Positions 27,904 through 35,602 of a stretch of DNA of 64,000 bases are shown one piece after another. Numbering within the stretch: position 1 is the stretch's first letter; each line of letters opens with the position of its first letter. The notes under the pieces were generated by a model. The model worked only from the letters and a program-made list of their open reading frames with translations, was not told the DNA's origin and made no database searches. Location of the stretch: assembly GCA_002725995.1 (NCBI GenBank), contig PBRQ01000028.1:743-64742 (forward strand), written 5' to 3'. The translations under genes and the position numbers were made by a program. This DNA comes from Gammaproteobacteria bacterium. Its GTDB lineage: Bacteria; Pseudomonadota; Gammaproteobacteria; Pseudomonadales; Azotimanducaceae.

Positions 27904-28911
27904 ATGACAATTGTAGATGATGACGAGTATTTACATCCGGCACCAGATGGATCAGATGGGCTTTGGAGTGACAACCTGTGGTTTTCGTTCTGTGATCGTG
28001 AAGCAGATATATTTGGTATCAACCACTTCCACGTAACGAACAAGGGATATGCTCGATTCAGCACCTGCCTGGTGATTGATGGAATCCCCATGCCCTGGGC
28101 AAACAAAGTGCCCTGGGATGATATTGGTAAGTTCGATGTCCTGACGGATGGCGGTAGCATGACCTACCAGGTGATCAAGCCCCAGGAAGAACTCAGGATT
28201 ACAGCGGACAACGAAAAGTATGGATTTGACGTGACCTTCAGGGCGCGGTTTCCAGTGTTTGATTACAATGACTGTCTTGGCGGTAACCCGCTTAAATCTG
28301 CCGGGGAGTACGGGGGACACTACGAGCAAGGGCTTCAGTGTAATGGAGATTTTGAAGTGCGTGGTGGTCCTCGAGCGGGATTGAGAAAGGTTGACTGTTA
28401 TTCTCACCGCGATCATTCCTGGACGGACCGCTTTCGTAGCGGCTCTCCATGGGAGCCAAATAAGCCTGCCACCAGAGAGCAGTCTTTGGGCCACTACTGG
28501 CCTTCAATTCAGACTGACAGCATGCACCTGAATGCATTTGGTTATATGAGTCCTTCCTTCCAGGCAGTGAATCCGGAACGGTCCAGCATCGGTGGATTTC
28601 TGTCGGACAAGAATGGTTCACGGCCCATACAAGGTGCGCAATGCCTTGACTGCCGTTTGGAAGATGATGGACGCTCAGCGATGAGTTTCCGCTATCAATT
28701 CACTTTGCCCGATGGTGAAGTCATTCATGTCAAAACTGGCCGCAAGTATGCTCAGTCAGTCAATGGGTTGATGCGCGGAGAAAATGATGCCGAGTGTTTA
28801 CTCGACTGTTATGAAGGTTTCTTCGATTTTGAAGTGGAAGAGACGGGCGAGCGTGGGTATGGTTGTGCTGAATACTCAATCAATCCACCATTTCCACGGT
28901 GGCGGTACTAA
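27904..28911 (+). CDS. Uncharacterised RDHSW-family protein, paralogue P4 (short subfamily)
   Basis: DDEYLHPAPDG, WSDNLWFSFCDREADIFGINHFHVTNKG, RFPVFDY, YSHRDHSWTDRF, FFDFEVEETGERGYGCAEYS. Confidence 0.72.
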   Translation: MTIVDDDEYLHPAPDGSDGLWSDNLWFSFCDREADIFGINHFHVTNKGYARFSTCLVIDGIPMPWANKVPWDDIGKFDVLTDGGSMTYQVIKPQEELRITADNEKYGFDVTFRARFPVFDYNDCLGGNPLKSAGEYGGHYEQGLQCNGDFEVRGGPRAGLRKVDCYSHRDHSWTDRFRSGSPWEPNKPATREQSLGHYWPSIQTDSMHLNAFGYMSPSFQAVNPERSSIGGFLSDKNGSRPIQGAQCLDCRLEDDGRSAMSFRYQFTLPDGEVIHVKTGRKYAQSVNGLMRGENDAECLLDCYEGFFDFEVEETGERGYGCAEYSINPPFPRWRY

Positions 28912-28983
28912 ATAAGTTAACTGGCCGATGAAATTAGCAACAAAGAAACTTGATATTCAAATACCAGATATAAGGAAAGAGCC

Positions 28984-29952
28984 ATGGTAGTTAAAGCAGA
29001 AGACGAATACAGGCATGAAGCGCCAGAAGACCTGAGCGCTGGTTTCTGGGGCGACACGCTCTGGGTCAGTGTGGTGGATCGCGAAGCAAATATCTTCGGA
29101 ATAAACCACTTCACACTAACGAACAAAGGCTGGGGGCGATTTGAGGCACTCTACGTTATCGATGGTGTTCAGCAGCAGTACGGAAACAAGTACCCCTTGA
29201 CCAAGGAGGCGGACCAGGGGCCTTGGAGTGATGGGCTCCTGACCTATGAAGTGGTTAAGCCGCTGGAGGAAATCAGGATTACATTTGATGGACCACGATT
29301 TGGCTTCGATCTGAGCTTTAAGGGTCGCTTCCCTGTCTTCGACTACGAAGACTCTGTCAACGGAAACCCACTCAGCCATGGTCACTATTACGGCGGTCAT
29401 TTTGAGCAGGGGTTGCATTGTACGGGCCCATTTGAAATCCGAGGCGGACCCTGCAAGGGCGAAACACGCCAGCTGGATTCATGGTCTCACCGCGATCATT
29501 CTTGGTCTACCCGCTTTGCGGATGAGCCACCCTGGGATTATTCACAACAAAATATCGCCAACCATTACTGGCCCTCCATTCAGTTGGTGGACAAGCACAT
29601 TAATGTTTTTGGTGTACATCAGCCTGACGGTCCTTTCGGTGGCTTCGTTTCAGATGCCAATGGCTCAAGAGCGATGCTCAGTGCTTCCTGCGAGGTTCTG
29701 AAATCTGACAATCAGCGTGATGCCGCGGCTTTCAGGTACACTTTGGAAATGCCAGATGGTGAAACCCTACATGTTCGAACAGGGCGCAAATACGGTCAGG
29801 TAAAACTCTGGGATCGGGGTGAAAATGACCTGGAGAATCGCCTCGACTGCTACGAGCCATTTTTTGACTTTGAAGTTGAAGAGACCGGTGAGCGGGGTTA
29901 TGGCGTATGTGAGTATTCTGTCCATCCACCGTGGCCTCGCTGGCTGGTATAA
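28984..29952 (+). CDS. Uncharacterised RDHSW-family protein, paralogue P5 (short subfamily)
   Basis: EDEYRHEAPED, WGDTLWVSVVDREANIFGINHF, WSHRDHSWSTRF, FFDFEVEETGERGYGVCEYS. Roughly 75-80% identical by eye to P6. AAGGAAAGAG RBS. Confidence 0.72.
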   Translation: MVVKAEDEYRHEAPEDLSAGFWGDTLWVSVVDREANIFGINHFTLTNKGWGRFEALYVIDGVQQQYGNKYPLTKEADQGPWSDGLLTYEVVKPLEEIRITFDGPRFGFDLSFKGRFPVFDYEDSVNGNPLSHGHYYGGHFEQGLHCTGPFEIRGGPCKGETRQLDSWSHRDHSWSTRFADEPPWDYSQQNIANHYWPSIQLVDKHINVFGVHQPDGPFGGFVSDANGSRAMLSASCEVLKSDNQRDAAAFRYTLEMPDGETLHVRTGRKYGQVKLWDRGENDLENRLDCYEPFFDFEVEETGERGYGVCEYSVHPPWPRWLV

Positions 29953-29976
29953 AATACGCCTGTCTCAACAGGAGCA

Positions 29977-32115
29977 ATGAGTATGAGCACACACAAAACC
30001 TTTTGCCGATTCTGCCATGCTTATTGCGCCATTGAGGTCGATGTTGAAGATGGTGTTCCCATTGAAGTAAGAGGGGATACCAGTGATCCAGTCTATTCCG
30101 GTTACACTTGTATCAAGGGGCGCCAGCTTCCTGCCCAGTTCACCAACCCAGGGCGGGTGCGCAAGCCCTTAAAGAGAATGCCCGATGGTTCGTACCAGGA
30201 AATTGATTTACAGGTTGCCCTCGATGAGATTGGTGCCAAGGTCAAGACCTTGCTCGATGACAACCCACGCGGTGTAGCCACCTATATCGGTTCGTACGGG
30301 TTTCAGAATTCCGCTGCGCTACATATAGCGAAGTCGTGGCACAAGAGCGTCGGCTCAACCTCATATTACACTTCCGTAACCATCGATCAACCGGCGAAGC
30401 AGATTGCCTGGTCAAGAGTCGGCTCCTGGGGCGGTGGTAGCCACAGTTTTACCGATGCAGATGTGGTCATGCTCATTGGTAATAATGCCGTGGTATCACA
30501 GTATTCGCCCTTCGGCGGTATTCCTCCATTCAGTCCCTACAAAAGGCTGCGTGATGAAGTCAAGAAGGGCATGAAGGTCATCACGGTAGATCCACGTAAA
30601 ACAGAGGTTGCAAACCGGTCCCACATACACATGCAGATTAATCCCGGTAAGGATGCGACACTGCTGTCCGGTATGATCAATATCATATTGAGTGAAGGGC
30701 TGGAGGATACTGAATTTTGCAATGCATATGTTCAGGACCTAGACAGTTTCAGAAACCGGGTAAAGGACTATACCCCTGGCTATGTTGCTCAGCAGTGCGG
30801 TATCCCGGAAGAGCAGTTATTTGAAGCCACGCGTCTCTTCGCAGCCGGGCCAAGGGGCGTAGCATCGGCAGGGACAGGGCCTGACATGGCATCTCATGCG
30901 GTCCTGACGGAACACCTGATTGTCGTGCTCAACCTAATCTGCGGCAGGGTCAACAGGGAGGGTGAGCGATTCCCAAACCCCGGTATGATGACGCCCGAGA
31001 TACCGCGCAGGGCTGAAGTAATTCCTCCTTCCCCTGTGTTTGGCATCGGTCCCAAGAGTCGGTTCAGGGGGCTGGGCGAGGTATTTGGAGAGATGCCTAC
31101 TGCTACTCTCAATGATGAAATCCTGGAGGACGGAGAAGGCCAGATCAAAGCGTTATTTTGTATGGGTGGCAATCCGATGGTCGCATTTCCGGATCAGGAT
31201 AAAACCAAACGCGCGATGGACAAGCTGGAATTGCTCGTTTGCATTGATATTGTCCGTTCCGCGACATCCAAATTAGCAGACTACATTCTCCCACCCACCC
31301 TGTCTCTTGAACGTGATGACGTGACCATGCTGACAGATGTCTGGTACGACCAGCCCTATAGCCACTACACGGAGGCCATTCTTGAGAAGAATCCTCAGAG
31401 CCTCGAAGAGTGGGAGTTTTACTGGGAAATATCGCGAAGGCTGGGCATACCCATAGATCTGCCGGGCGGGCAGCTAGGCCTGGAGACATGTCCAACCAAG
31501 TTTGAAGCGCTGGACCTTCTAACCCCGGGTGCCAAGGTGCCAGTTGCCGATATTCGGGCAAAACCTGCCGGGCATCTGTTTGAGAAAATCAACATCACGG
31601 TTGAAGCCGGGTCAAATAGCGATTCACTGTTTCAACTGGAGCCTGAAGGCGTTGCTGAAGAAATACAGGAAATTCTGGCGGAGCCTGTTTGGACCGACGG
31701 CAAAATTATTGATAATGACAAGGAGTACACCCACCTGTTGATAAGCCGTCGATTGAAGCATTACTTTAATTCTTCAGGTCACACATTGCCGGCATTGATG
31801 GCGAAGGGCACGACTAACTACGCCTATATGAACCCATCTGACCTAGCGGAAATGAGGATTGAGGATGGGCAGTTAGTTGAAATAAGTGCTTCAGCAGGAT
31901 CATTAGTGGGTGTGGCAGAATCCGCGCAAGATGTAAAATCAGGAACTGTGTCTATGGCTCATGCTTTCGGTGATCTACCGGGTAACTTTGGTGATGTTCG
32001 AGAGGTTGGCAGCAGCACCAACCGTCTGGTTGACGATGATCGCACCTATTGCAAGATCAGTGGAATGCCTCGTATGAGTGCTATCCCTGTCAATCTGAGA
32101 GTCGTTGCTGAATAG
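29977..32115 (+). CDS. Single-subunit cytoplasmic molybdopterin (bis-MGD, DMSO-reductase superfamily) oxidoreductase with N-terminal 4Fe-4S domain
   Basis: The N-terminal Cys pattern is C-x2-C-x3-C-x27-C (FCRFCHAYC...YTCIKG). There is no twin-arginine signal. The C-terminal dinucleotide-binding barrel is MNPSDLAEMRIEDGQLVEISASAGSLVGVAE. The start may be the second ATG at 29983, which has better RBS spacing. Confidence 0.85.
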   Translation: MSMSTHKTFCRFCHAYCAIEVDVEDGVPIEVRGDTSDPVYSGYTCIKGRQLPAQFTNPGRVRKPLKRMPDGSYQEIDLQVALDEIGAKVKTLLDDNPRGVATYIGSYGFQNSAALHIAKSWHKSVGSTSYYTSVTIDQPAKQIAWSRVGSWGGGSHSFTDADVVMLIGNNAVVSQYSPFGGIPPFSPYKRLRDEVKKGMKVITVDPRKTEVANRSHIHMQINPGKDATLLSGMINIILSEGLEDTEFCNAYVQDLDSFRNRVKDYTPGYVAQQCGIPEEQLFEATRLFAAGPRGVASAGTGPDMASHAVLTEHLIVVLNLICGRVNREGERFPNPGMMTPEIPRRAEVIPPSPVFGIGPKSRFRGLGEVFGEMPTATLNDEILEDGEGQIKALFCMGGNPMVAFPDQDKTKRAMDKLELLVCIDIVRSATSKLADYILPPTLSLERDDVTMLTDVWYDQPYSHYTEAILEKNPQSLEEWEFYWEISRRLGIPIDLPGGQLGLETCPTKFEALDLLTPGAKVPVADIRAKPAGHLFEKINITVEAGSNSDSLFQLEPEGVAEEIQEILAEPVWTDGKIIDNDKEYTHLLISRRLKHYFNSSGHTLPALMAKGTTNYAYMNPSDLAEMRIEDGQLVEISASAGSLVGVAESAQDVKSGTVSMAHAFGDLPGNFGDVREVGSSTNRLVDDDRTYCKISGMPRMSAIPVNLRVVAE

Positions 32116-32200
32116 CAGGTCGGATCTAAGATCACCGATACGCGCTCTGAAAACGGGTCGTGTATCATCGCTTACTTTTTTGTAGTCAGGATGATTGGAT

Positions 32201-33223
32201 ATGGTTGAAGTAGTAGATGATTTTCGACATGTCGCCCCGGCAGAAGCGGAAAATGAACTCTGGGGTGATACGCTCTGGATCAGCGTTGTCGATAGGGAAG
32301 CCAATATATTTGGCATTATCCACCTTCATCTAACGAACAAAGGTTGGGGACGGTTTGAATCACTTTTTGTGATTGATGGTGTGCAGCAGCAGTACGGGAA
32401 CAAGTATCCGCTAACAAAAGACACGGACCAGGGACCCTGGTCAGATGGGTTGCTCACCTATGAAGTAATCAAACCCCTCGATGAAATTCGTGTCCAGTTT
32501 AATGGTCCGCGCTACGGCTTTGATTTGAACTTCAAGGGTCGCTTCCCAGTATTTGATTATGCCGACTCTGTCTATGGCAACCCCTTGAGCCATGCAAACT
32601 ATTATGGCGGACATCTTGAACAGGGTATGCACTGCACCGGTAGTTTTGAGATTCGCGGTGGACCCAATAAGGGCGATGTGCGCAAGCTGGATTCCTGGTC
32701 CCACCGGGACCACTCCTGGTCGACTCGGTTTGCAGATGAGCCGGCATGGGACTACGGACAACACAATATACAATCCCACTACTGGCCTTCTATTCAACTT
32801 CCCGACAAACATATCAATGTATTTGGACTGTTCCGAGAAGATGTTCTCAAGCTAACGTTTGAACATGGCACTGAGGCAGTCGACAGTGGGTCTGACAAAC
32901 AGATTATTGGTGGATTTGTTGCCAGTGCGGATGGGGTCGAGGCTGTTCGAGGTGCATCTGCAAAGGTGCTGCTTGAGGATGATGGAAGAACTGCCGCAGC
33001 CTTCAGCTACGAAATTATCATGCCGGACGAAAGTATTATTCATGTGAATACGGGCCGGAAGTATGGTCAGGTCAAGCTCTGGGATCGTGGTGAAAATGAC
33101 CTTGAGAACAGGCTGGATTGCTATGAACCTTTCTTTGATTTCGAGATTGAGGAAACCGGGGAGCAGGGATATGGGGTTTGTGAATATTCAATCGCACCAC
33201 CCTGGCCGCGGTGGCTCGTATAA
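32201..33223 (+). CDS. Uncharacterised RDHSW-family protein, paralogue P6 (short subfamily)
   Basis: DDFRHVAPAE, WGDTLWISVVDREANIFGIIHLH, WSHRDHSWSTRF, FFDFEIEETGEQGYGVCEYS. It carries a ~20-aa insertion relative to P5. ATG 32201 is preferred over the track start TTG 32195. Confidence 0.72.
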   Translation: MVEVVDDFRHVAPAEAENELWGDTLWISVVDREANIFGIIHLHLTNKGWGRFESLFVIDGVQQQYGNKYPLTKDTDQGPWSDGLLTYEVIKPLDEIRVQFNGPRYGFDLNFKGRFPVFDYADSVYGNPLSHANYYGGHLEQGMHCTGSFEIRGGPNKGDVRKLDSWSHRDHSWSTRFADEPAWDYGQHNIQSHYWPSIQLPDKHINVFGLFREDVLKLTFEHGTEAVDSGSDKQIIGGFVASADGVEAVRGASAKVLLEDDGRTAAAFSYEIIMPDESIIHVNTGRKYGQVKLWDRGENDLENRLDCYEPFFDFEIEETGEQGYGVCEYSIAPPWPRWLV

Positions 33224-33386
33224 CTCAGCGCATGGAAATTTCAGGATAAGAACAACTGAATAGTTAGAGGTGTCTGCGATGCAGGGGGAGATCTAAATGC
33301 TTTTACTATCGATGAAGAGGGTAATAAAAATGTTACCGCACTGGCTGTTCGGCCCCGGGTTGTTCGATCCAGTGTGCAGGCAAGCG

Positions 33387-34397
33387 ATGAAACATCGATT
33401 GCTCCTGTTGTTAAGTCTGATGTTTATGGCAAACAGCAGCAGTGCATTAAATATTCTACTGACCAATGATGATGGCTGGGATACTGAAAATATTCGGGTT
33501 CTGAAATTGGAATTAGATGCTGCCGGCCACGACGTTATTATGTCGACCCCCTGTACTCAACAAAGCGGCAAGGGCGGCGCCCTGACCGTGCTGAAACATC
33601 TACCGGTCAATACCTCAAGATCATCACGTGGTGAGTATTGTTTGGGGGATGTTGATGCAAGTAAATCCTATGCGGAATATGCAGATGGCACACCGGTAAT
33701 GTCCGCGTTGTATGGGATAGATGTGTTGGCTCCGCGAAAGTGGGAGGGCGCCCCTGACCTGGTGATATCAGGTCCGAATACAGGCAACAACCTTGGAATG
33801 GTAAACAATAACTCTGGGACCCTGGGCGCTGCACTGGTTGCCATCAGCCGGGGAATACCGGCGATAGCGGTCAGTGCGAACACCATGTCGCTCATTGATA
33901 AAACCCAGGCCCCTATTATTGCTGATGTGACTCTCAATATCCTTGCCCAGTTGGAAGCAAGTCGCTCACCTTCAGCACCGCTTTTACCACCCTTGACCGG
34001 ATTGAATATTAACTTCCCGAAAGAAATTAAGAGTCACAAGGGAATCAAATTTACACAGGTTGGCTGGGAATCAGCTTTTGCTTTGGGGTTCTCCACTGAC
34101 CTGTCAAAAGAAAAAAGGATCATGGTGCTGGCAGCGGCGAGAATACTCGATTCTGGTAAGGTAAAGTCCTGGGATGAGGCCATGAAGGTGGCAGAGAGCA
34201 GGTACAGCGGTAAGAATGGTCTGACTTTTGTTACCAGCGGCGCAGATGACGTTGACCCTCTATCTGAGGGTAATGCGGTGCACGAAGGGTATATAACCAT
34301 CAGCACTTTTGACGGCAGCATACAGGCTGCATCAGAAAAATCACTGGCGACGCAGCGGAGACTGAGCAGCCTCCAAAAACAGATGAAGTCAAAATAG
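33387..34397 (+). CDS. SurE-family 5'/3'-nucleotidase/phosphatase-like protein with signal peptide
   Basis: LNILLTNDDGWD is the SurE signature. MKHRLLLLLSLMFMANSSSA is a cleavable-type signal if the start is ATG 33387. The track ORF starts at 33297. Confidence 0.7.
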   Translation: MKHRLLLLLSLMFMANSSSALNILLTNDDGWDTENIRVLKLELDAAGHDVIMSTPCTQQSGKGGALTVLKHLPVNTSRSSRGEYCLGDVDASKSYAEYADGTPVMSALYGIDVLAPRKWEGAPDLVISGPNTGNNLGMVNNNSGTLGAALVAISRGIPAIAVSANTMSLIDKTQAPIIADVTLNILAQLEASRSPSAPLLPPLTGLNINFPKEIKSHKGIKFTQVGWESAFALGFSTDLSKEKRIMVLAAARILDSGKVKSWDEAMKVAESRYSGKNGLTFVTSGADDVDPLSEGNAVHEGYITISTFDGSIQAASEKSLATQRRLSSLQKQMKSK

Positions 34398-34473
34398 TTA
34401 CCTGCCTGGTATGCATCTTCAGGTGCAGATTTTTAGCAGCGCCATTTAAAACAACAAGAAAAAGGAAAAGATT

Positions 34474-34926
34474 ATGAGCAGAGTTGCTGCAGAAGATAAA
34501 GACGCATTTTTTGCTGATGTGGCCAAGGCCAGTGAAGAATCAGTCTGGTGTGCGCTGGCGACGATTTCAAATAATGAGCCCAGAGTACGGATAGTGCATC
34601 CCACCTGGGAGGGCGATGTCCTCTGGGTCGCAACGGGTCCTGAAACCCTGAAGATAAAGGAGATGGAACAGAATGCTGCAGTTGATGTGCAGTTTCAGGT
34701 AGCCCCCCCAGGCTTTATTCACATCCTCTGCCGCGGTCGGGTGGATTTATGTATGGATGAAGAAACCCGGCAGCATGCCTGGGATGCAATGAACTACGAT
34801 ATGACGCAGTTCTTTCCTGGCGGGGCAACAGGAGACGACTTTATTGCCGTTCGCATAAACCCAACCCGGGTAGAACTGTCCGAAATGTTTGGCACGGCAA
34901 ACAAGCGTGTGTGGCGCCCAAGCTAG
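34474..34926 (+). CDS. Pyridoxamine 5'-phosphate oxidase-like FMN-binding split-barrel protein
   Basis: VWCALATISNNEPRVRIVHPTWEGDVLWVATGPETLKIKEMEQN follows the PNPOx-like pattern. Confidence 0.65.
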   Translation: MSRVAAEDKDAFFADVAKASEESVWCALATISNNEPRVRIVHPTWEGDVLWVATGPETLKIKEMEQNAAVDVQFQVAPPGFIHILCRGRVDLCMDEETRQHAWDAMNYDMTQFFPGGATGDDFIAVRINPTRVELSEMFGTANKRVWRPS

Positions 34927-34983
34927 CAACAGTCCGATATTAATATCTGTCAGGCTTGAATCTTACTATTAGTCTGGACGTTC

Positions 34984-35484
34984 TTAAGGACCGGGTGCTC
35001 GACCTGCTGATGGGCGATCAAATGAACCCTGGCGGAATTTGGCGGCGTCGATCTCCATGGGGGTAATGGGTTCTGAAGTCGTGCCTTCATTGATACAAGC
35101 ACGCTCAATGATGCGCCATTCATCTCCCCGCTTCTCATAGACATCCAGGTAGCGTCCATACCAGGTATCCAATATGTCAGCGTCCTTCTGAAATAGGTAG
35201 GTGATGTTGTAGGCTTCACCACGCGCGTGTATGCCATCATCATCCAGTTCGATGAAGTGGTTGAAAATACAGTGTCCTGTTGAACGCCACTTCAGGTGAC
35301 TGACCATGCAGATCTCGGAAAACTCCATGGCATTACCGACAAAGACGCCATGGTCATCGGTTGCTTCCGGCCAGTATGCCGATTTCATCAATTCCTCATC
35401 CAGGCGGTCAACGCCCCGACAATAGCGCTTGGCAACATTTCTTATGGATTCCAGGTCTGACAATTGCTGGGGAGAAAATTCCAT
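34984..35484 (-). CDS. NTF2-like / SnoaL_4-type protein
   Basis: LESIRNVAKRYCRGVDRLDEELMKSAYWPEATDDHG...YEKRGDEWRIIER. Confidence 0.7.
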   Translation of the reverse strand: MEFSPQQLSDLESIRNVAKRYCRGVDRLDEELMKSAYWPEATDDHGVFVGNAMEFSEICMVSHLKWRSTGHCIFNHFIELDDDGIHARGEAYNITYLFQKDADILDTWYGRYLDVYEKRGDEWRIIERACINEGTTSEPITPMEIDAAKFRQGSFDRPSAGRAPGP

Positions 35485-35602
35485 ATTCCTTTTCCTTTCT
35501 GGGGCAGGGGAGCCTACAGAATAGCACTTTCAGCCCGCAGGTCGCGAAGGAACAGCGACCTGCAGATGAATAGGCCGTATCATCGACGCTGGTAGTGCTC
35601 GA

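Noticed and set aside
29977-32115. Selenocysteine or a Tat signal in the molybdopterin enzyme
   Set aside because: The ORF has no in-frame TGA, so no Sec codon or SECIS is needed. The N-terminus (MSMSTHKTF) has no twin-arginine motif.
34942-34953. AT-rich palindrome GATATTAATATC between convergent genes, considered as a terminator
   Set aside because: The stem is all-AT with essentially no loop, so it is too weak to call a terminator. It may be chance in an AT-rich spacer.
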